A stretch of 64,000 nt of DNA, from contig UQDS01000003.1 of assembly GCA_900539865.1 (NCBI GenBank), positions 90,789-154,788 of the forward strand, read 5' to 3'. Under the pieces are notes generated by a model that saw only the letters and a program-made list of their open reading frames with translations, ran no database searches and was not told the origin of the DNA. A program made the translations under genes and the position numbers. Shown here in pieces: positions 57,133-64,000 of the stretch; the first letter of the stretch is position 1; every line of letters starts with the position of its first letter. This DNA comes from an uncultured Mollicutes bacterium. GTDB taxonomy: Bacteria; Bacillota_I; Bacilli_A; RFN20; CAG-288.

Positions 57133-58623
57133 TTATTTGTGTTTTGGTTTAAATGCTCTAGTTGCTTTAACAGCTTCTAACCAACCGTCATAGAGGTCGT
57201 TGACTTCTTCAGAAGAAAGCATTGGTTTGTAGATCTTTTGAATGCTTCTATTCGATTCAATATCTGCTTTACTCTTCCAAAAACCGACGCCAAGACCAGC
57301 CATATAACCAGCACCTAATGCGGTTGTTTCAACACAGCGAGGGAGGTGAACTTCGCATTGTAAAATATCAGATTGGAACTGCATGAGCAAAGAGTTTGCA
57401 CTGGCACCACCGTCAACACGCAAAGCCTTTAATTCTAAGTTTGCTTCTCTCTTCATCGCTTCAATGACGTCTTTTGATTGATAAGCGATAGAGAAAAGCG
57501 TAGCGCGAACAAAGTTGTGACGATCCGCCCCTCTTGTCAAACCAAAGACAGCACCTCTTGCATCATCATCCCAATAAGGGGTTCCTAAACCGACGAAGGC
57601 GGGAACAACATAGACACCAGCGGTATCTTTCACTCTGTTTGCATATTCTTCGGATTGGGAGGAACTACGGATCATATCCATTTGATCACGCAACCATTGG
57701 ATGATGGCACCGCCCATAAAGACAGAGCCTTCTAAGGCGTAAACAGTGTCTTCTCCTTTTTCTCTCCAAGCGACTGTCGTTAATAGTCCTTGTTTTGAAA
57801 TCAAAGGCTTGTTACCGATGTTCATCAACATGAAGCAACCGGTTCCGTAGGTGTTTTTACTATCGCCAGGATTGAAACAACACTGACCGAATAAAGCGGC
57901 TTGTTGGTCGCCAGCGACACCGGTAATCGGAACGGAACCTTGGAAGAAGTCAGCAACGCCAAAATTATCTGTATTGTCTTTTACTTCTGGAAGCATACAA
58001 GCGGGAATGTTCCAAATCTTGAGCAACTCTTCATCCCATTTCATATCGAAGATATTGTAAAGCATTGTACGGGAAGCGTTCGTGACATCCGTTGCATGAC
58101 TCTTTCCGTTTGTCATCTTATAAATGATCCAAGAGTCGATGGTTCCGAAAAGAAGTTCACCGCGTTCTGCTCTTTTTTGGCCATCGGGAATATTATCCAA
58201 AATGAAGCGGATTTTAGAAGCAGAGAAATAAGGGTTCATTCTCAAACCAGTCTTTGCTTGAATGATGTCAGTGTATTCTTCTCTTTCATCACATAAAGAT
58301 TGTGTCTGTTTAGACTGCCAGATGACAGCGTTGTAAACGGCATTGCCGGTGTTCTTATCCCAAACAATAGTGGATTCACGCTGATTTGTGATACCAATGG
58401 CAGCAACATCATCCATGGTGGCGTTGGAGTAGACCATCAATTCGTTAATGACGTCGATGACGGAAATCCAAATTTTATTGGCGTCTGTTTCAACCCAACC
58501 GGGCTTTGGAAAAAGGCACTCTACTTCTCTTTGTGCCTTATAGACACCTTCTCCCCTGTCATTGATTAAGATGGCACGAGTAGAAGTTGTGCCTTGGTCG
58601 ATTGATAAAATATATTTTTTCAT
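57133..58623 (-). CDS. glpK: glycerol kinase
   Basis: It has the FGGY kinase N-terminus (ILSIDQGTTSTRA) and is 496 aa long. Confidence 0.9.
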   Translation of the reverse strand: MKKYILSIDQGTTSTRAILINDRGEGVYKAQREVECLFPKPGWVETDANKIWISVIDVINELMVYSNATMDDVAAIGITNQRESTIVWDKNTGNAVYNAVIWQSKQTQSLCDEREEYTDIIQAKTGLRMNPYFSASKIRFILDNIPDGQKRAERGELLFGTIDSWIIYKMTNGKSHATDVTNASRTMLYNIFDMKWDEELLKIWNIPACMLPEVKDNTDNFGVADFFQGSVPITGVAGDQQAALFGQCCFNPGDSKNTYGTGCFMLMNIGNKPLISKQGLLTTVAWREKGEDTVYALEGSVFMGGAIIQWLRDQMDMIRSSSQSEEYANRVKDTAGVYVVPAFVGLGTPYWDDDARGAVFGLTRGADRHNFVRATLFSIAYQSKDVIEAMKREANLELKALRVDGGASANSLLMQFQSDILQCEVHLPRCVETTALGAGYMAGLGVGFWKSKADIESNRSIQKIYKPMLSSEEVNDLYDGWLEAVKATRAFKPKHK

Positions 58624-58811
58624 AAACCCTAATTTGTCTAAAAGACAATTCCTTTTTATATGAATATATTATAAAACAAAAAATGCTCATTTAATGATTA
58701 TTTTTAACATTTTTATAAATTAAATAAACGATTTTCGCGCATGAATGCCGTGTTTTTTATCACTTCCTTTTCTGTGACTAAAAAGTGGGGTATATAAAAT
58801 GATCGGAAAAT

Positions 58812-58845
58812 AAAAAAATGCGTCTTCCTTTGAGAAAGACGCATC
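58812..58845 (-). terminator. rho-independent terminator of groEL
   Basis: The hairpin atgcgtctt...aagacgcat has a plus-strand A7, which is the T-run on the minus strand. Confidence 0.7.
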
Positions 58846-58857
58846 ATGCAAATAAAT

Positions 58858-60477
<1,620 letters not shown>

Positions 60478-60498
60478 TTATAACCTCTTTTCTATGGA

Positions 60499-60780
60499 TT
60501 AGTCGATGACTGCAAGGATATCAGAATCCTTGATCAACATCCATTTTTTGCCGCCCTCAGTGTAATCGGTGCTAGCGTATTTTTTATAAATGACCTTTTC
60601 GCCTACTTTGGCTTCCACCTTGATTTCGTGGCCGTCTTTATCAACATATCCCGGGCCAACAGCAACGACTTTTGCAATTGCTGAATCGTTTTCATGCGAT
60701 GAAGCGATAAGAATTCCACCGACGTTCTTCTCTTCGGGAACTTTTTCAAGAACGACATAATCTCTTAATGGTCTAATCAT
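60499..60780 (-). CDS. groS: co-chaperonin GroES
   Basis: It is 93 aa and begins MIRPLRDYVVLEK. It lies 24 nt upstream of groEL. Confidence 0.9.
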   Translation of the reverse strand: MIRPLRDYVVLEKVPEEKNVGGILIASSHENDSAIAKVVAVGPGYVDKDGHEIKVEAKVGEKVIYKKYASTDYTEGGKKWMLIKDSDILAVID

Positions 60781-60839
60781 TTTTCATACCTCGATTTCTG
60801 TCGCGTTCAACTGCGACTAATGATATTATATCGCGAAAA

Positions 60840-60866
60840 TTAGCAAATACAATAGTAGAGTGCTAA
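60840..60866 (-). promoter_or_regulatory. CIRCE-like HrcA operator upstream of groES (one half-site perfect, one degenerate)
   Basis: The minus strand reads TTAGCACTC-N9-ATTTGCTAA against the consensus TTAGCACTC-N9-GAGTGCTAA. A TATAAT -10 element lies just downstream on the minus strand. Confidence 0.55.
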
Positions 60867-61102
60867 ATATTACATTGAAAACAAAGTGTCTCACTTTATT
60901 GACACGCTTTTATTAATAAATAGGTAAAGTAAAATAAATTTTAATAATATTATTAAATTAGATTAAAATGTATATTTATTTTCGAAAATAAAAAAATATA
61001 AATTTAAATTTCTTTGAAAAGTTAAAAGATTAACACTTTTTAAATGATGATAAAGTTTTAGATATAAAAAAGATACTCGCATCTACGAGTATCTTTTTAT
61101 TT

Positions 61103-61855
61103 TTAATCTTTCATCTCGGATTGTTTACGCATCACCTTGGAGATGACTTTTCTAGGGAAAAGATGGGAGAAGAAGTGTAAACACTTCATCTTGAAGCCAG
61201 GAACGATTGTTGTCTTTCCTTTTAAAGTCTTCTTGATTGCATAACTTCCGACAAATTCTGGTTGCAAGGAACCGATAGAGAACTTGGCATTTGCTACTTC
61301 TTCAAATCTAGTTTTGACCGGTCCAGGGCAAAGAGCGGAGATAGTGACTTTAGATTTCATTTCCTTTAATTCGCGATAATAGCCGTGAACTAAAGAATAG
61401 ACAAATGCTTTCGATGCGTAGTATACGTTCATGTAAGGAGCAACACCAAAAGCAGCTGCAGAACAGACGAGTAAAACTCTTCCGTGATCCTTTTTGATGA
61501 AACGAATGAGGAATTCCTTGACTAAAATCAAAGCGGCGATGTCGTTTACTTTCACCATTTTGATTTCTTTTTGAATATCGGTTTTTGTAATTTTTCCAAT
61601 ATCTCCAAAACCTGCATTGTTTACAAAGAGATCAAAATCTTCGTTTTCTGTATCTTTTAATAAACGGAAACATTCATTTTCATCTGAAAGATCATAAGAT
61701 CCGAAATGAATTTTTGCATCCGGATATTTTTCAATAAGTTTGGGAAGATCGCCTTCTCTACGAGAGACGACGGATACTTCATAACCTCTTTTTATTAAAT
61801 CTTCAACCATGCAGTAACCAATACCGCTGGTACCACCAGTAACTAACGCCTTCAT
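61103..61855 (-). CDS. SDR family short-chain dehydrogenase/reductase
   Basis: It has the TGGTSGIGY Rossmann motif and the YxxxK active site (YYASKAF). Confidence 0.75.
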   Translation of the reverse strand: MKALVTGGTSGIGYCMVEDLIKRGYEVSVVSRREGDLPKLIEKYPDAKIHFGSYDLSDENECFRLLKDTENEDFDLFVNNAGFGDIGKITKTDIQKEIKMVKVNDIAALILVKEFLIRFIKKDHGRVLLVCSAAAFGVAPYMNVYYASKAFVYSLVHGYYRELKEMKSKVTISALCPGPVKTRFEEVANAKFSIGSLQPEFVGSYAIKKTLKGKTTIVPGFKMKCLHFFSHLFPRKVISKVMRKQSEMKD

Positions 61856-61879
61856 AGTCTTTCCTTTCTAATCTCATTT

Positions 61880-62791
61880 TTATTTTTGCAATTTGAGAAG
61901 CTCTACGGCTAATTCACCGCCGACGCGAGCGTTGTTCTCAATTAAAGCCATGTTTGTCTTCAAAGATTTTCCTTCGGTGAGTCCAACCAACTTATCTAAG
62001 AGGTAAGGAGTAACCCTCTTTCCGGTGACCCCTTCTTTCTCCATCATGGCAATTGCTTTTTCAATCTCTCTCTCCATGTAATCGGGATCAAGAGAATATT
62101 CTTCGGGAACAGGATTGAGAATTAAAGTTCCTTGGTTTAAACCTAAATCGTGAGAGATTTGAATGATACGAGCAAGCTCAGCAGCATCATTTGCAGTCTG
62201 ATCAATGTCGTATTTGCTTGTGCTAGAGTAAAAGAGCGGAACCTTGTTTGTCTTGTAACCGATGACCTCAACACCTTGTGTTTCTAAGTACTCTAAAGTT
62301 CTAGGGACATCAAGAATTGCTTTCGGACCAGCGCAAATGACATTGACTTCTGTACGAGAAAATTCGCCTAAGTCCGTGGATACATCCATCGAGTCGTTAA
62401 AGCCGCGATGAACGCCGCCGATACCACCGGTAGAGAAGACGCGGATGTTTGCCATTTTCGCTAAAATCATTGTAGCAGCAACGGTGGTAGAGCCGTTGCA
62501 TCCTTTTTCTAAAACATAGGGAAGTTCACGACGAGAGACTTTCATCGCATGCATTGTCTTTCCAAGATATTCAATCTCTTCACGGGAGAGACCAATTTTG
62601 ATTTTTCCGTCGATAATACCAATGGTATAGGGCTCTGCACCCGCTTTGCGAATTTCTTCTTCACACTTTAATGCACACTCCACATTCTGAGGATAAGGCA
62701 TACCATGTGTCAAAACAGTGGTTTCTAAAGCGACGGCAGGACGGGAGGATAAATCAGGAATATCACGAAGCATTTCTTTGATATTGTTCAT
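61880..62791 (-). CDS. psuG: pseudouridine-5'-phosphate glycosidase (IndA family)
   Basis: It has the N-terminus VALETTVLTHGMPYPQN characteristic of PsuG and is 303 aa long. Confidence 0.8.
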   Translation of the reverse strand: MNNIKEMLRDIPDLSSRPAVALETTVLTHGMPYPQNVECALKCEEEIRKAGAEPYTIGIIDGKIKIGLSREEIEYLGKTMHAMKVSRRELPYVLEKGCNGSTTVAATMILAKMANIRVFSTGGIGGVHRGFNDSMDVSTDLGEFSRTEVNVICAGPKAILDVPRTLEYLETQGVEVIGYKTNKVPLFYSSTSKYDIDQTANDAAELARIIQISHDLGLNQGTLILNPVPEEYSLDPDYMEREIEKAIAMMEKEGVTGKRVTPYLLDKLVGLTEGKSLKTNMALIENNARVGGELAVELLKLQK

Positions 62792-62802
62792 AATTGTTAC
62801 CT

Positions 62803-63780
62803 TTACTTTTTGCTAATTTTATACGTCATGAAATGAGAATATTTTTCACCTGCTTTCAAAATGATATTGCTCATTATCGGACAAGCTTCGGGCTCGATGG
62901 CAATCGCGCGTCTGTTGGCATTGCTCAAACAACGACAATTTTTGAAAACGTAGGGAACAAGAGAAGTATCCACATAGAAGTTGACAGAGTCAAAATCGGT
63001 ATCTACTTCAACTTTGATAGAATCTGTCTCTAGTATCACTTTGGGTCCTTGGCAATCATCTAAAATCAAAGTGTGATCAAATGTGCCAATTTCCGGATAA
63101 TCTCTTACCATCATATCGAGTTTGTTTTGTAGGAGAGAGGGTGTTCTAAAGTCTAAACATTCGGGGACATCTTCTATTCCGACAACCAGTTGACTACCGG
63201 GTTTGAAAGAACCGCATTTAGAAGCGTTGACTTGTAAGGTGTAATCATTGACCGATTTAGAAGCGTTGATATTCCAATATATATGGTTAGATAAGGAGAG
63301 AAGAGTATCTTTATCGCTTGTGGCTTCGTAGCGAATTTGGAATATATTTTCTTCGCCTTTTAAAAATGCGTAGGTGACAAAAAGGTCAAGATTTCCGGGA
63401 AATCCACATTCGCCATCAGCGGAAAGATAATGGAAAATAATACGTGTTTCTTTTTCATCTTCTTCTTTGACAGCGTCAAAAAGACGGAAGGTTAAAGAAT
63501 CCATCATACCGCCGTGTAAACAGATGTGATTTGCTTCTCCGGGAACTTTATAAAGTTTTCCGTTGAGCATAAATTCATCGGGGATGCGTCCGGCAATGCG
63601 GCCTAAAGTTTTGCCGTGATATCCTTTGGAAGAAAGATAATCTTGATCTTCTTCAAATTCAAGAATCAACGGTTTTCCATCCAATGTTAAAGAGGCAACG
63701 CCTGCCCCCAAAGTAGAAAATCTTCCGACTAAGCCATGGCCATTGTCCAATGTAAGAAAGTCAGAAACAAAGGTTCTCAT
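62803..63780 (-). CDS. aldose 1-epimerase (galactose mutarotase-like)
   Basis: It has the mutarotase beta-sandwich family pattern (HGG..., catalytic His/Glu regions) and is 325 aa long. Confidence 0.6.
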   Translation of the reverse strand: MRTFVSDFLTLDNGHGLVGRFSTLGAGVASLTLDGKPLILEFEEDQDYLSSKGYHGKTLGRIAGRIPDEFMLNGKLYKVPGEANHICLHGGMMDSLTFRLFDAVKEEDEKETRIIFHYLSADGECGFPGNLDLFVTYAFLKGEENIFQIRYEATSDKDTLLSLSNHIYWNINASKSVNDYTLQVNASKCGSFKPGSQLVVGIEDVPECLDFRTPSLLQNKLDMMVRDYPEIGTFDHTLILDDCQGPKVILETDSIKVEVDTDFDSVNFYVDTSLVPYVFKNCRCLSNANRRAIAIEPEACPIMSNIILKAGEKYSHFMTYKISKK

Positions 63781-63834
63781 AACGTTACCTCCTAAATTTC
63801 GATAATTGCTTTTTTAATTTAATAGCGAGAAATA

Positions 63835-64000
63835 TTATTCCGCTTTCGGTTCTTCAGCAGCAGGTTCTCCTGCTTTTAAAGTACCATTTTTATAAGCGGC
63901 ATAACGAAGATCAAGAGAATCAGCAAAGAAGCTGTGAACGTGTTTAACAAATTCGTCGCGGTTTTCGCTCATAAGACGTTGCACTCTTTCGGCAGATGCT
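63835..64000 (-). CDS. 3' end of an unidentified gene (C-terminus ...YKNGTLKAGEPAAEEPKAE), start outside window
   Basis: An open frame runs to the window edge on the minus strand with a TAA stop at 63835-63837. It is not in the ORF track because it is shorter than the cutoff. Confidence 0.3.
   Translation of the reverse strand, partial: ASAERVQRLMSENRDEFVKHVHSFFADSLDLRYAAYKNGTLKAGEPAAEEPKAE

Overview
The window spans the chromosomal replication origin of a low-GC, standard-genetic-code Firmicute, probably from the Erysipelotrichia/Mollicutes-related lineage. The evidence for that lineage is Mollicute-style expanded Opp proteins, AT-rich intergenic regions and no TGA-Trp usage. dnaA and dnaN sit on the minus strand with DnaA-box clusters both upstream of dnaA and between dnaA and dnaN. 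Gene orientation flips exactly at this point, with minus-strand genes to the left and plus-strand genes to the right. Housekeeping genes present are metG, rpmE, glyA, glpK, groES-groEL with a CIRCE element, prs, ispE and psuG. A proteolysis and peptide-uptake block comprises the oppABCDF operon with greatly enlarged subunits, a 1395-aa S8 subtilase and pepT. Sugar-utilisation genes comprise GH3, GH2 plus a GPH symporter, and a mutarotase. There is also a superoxide reductase, a CDF transporter and a heterodimeric ABC exporter whose second subunit is interrupted by a frameshift in a poly(A) run. The candidates for novel biology are fourfold. First, a 1138-aa protein carries a roughly 600-aa coiled coil flanked by two copies of a catalytically degenerate HNH-like domain. 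Second, a 970-aa AT-rich orphan protein has no recognisable motifs. Third, an N-terminally truncated RHS/YD-repeat toxin remnant carries a glycine-zipper C-terminal domain and is followed by a small multi-TM putative immunity gene, with a second roughly 50-bp rhs relic nearby. Fourth, an Lgt-like membrane protein carries a non-canonical GRIGCxLDGCCYG motif and sits next to a CPBP protease. No rRNA, tRNA, CRISPR, transposase or integrase was recognised.
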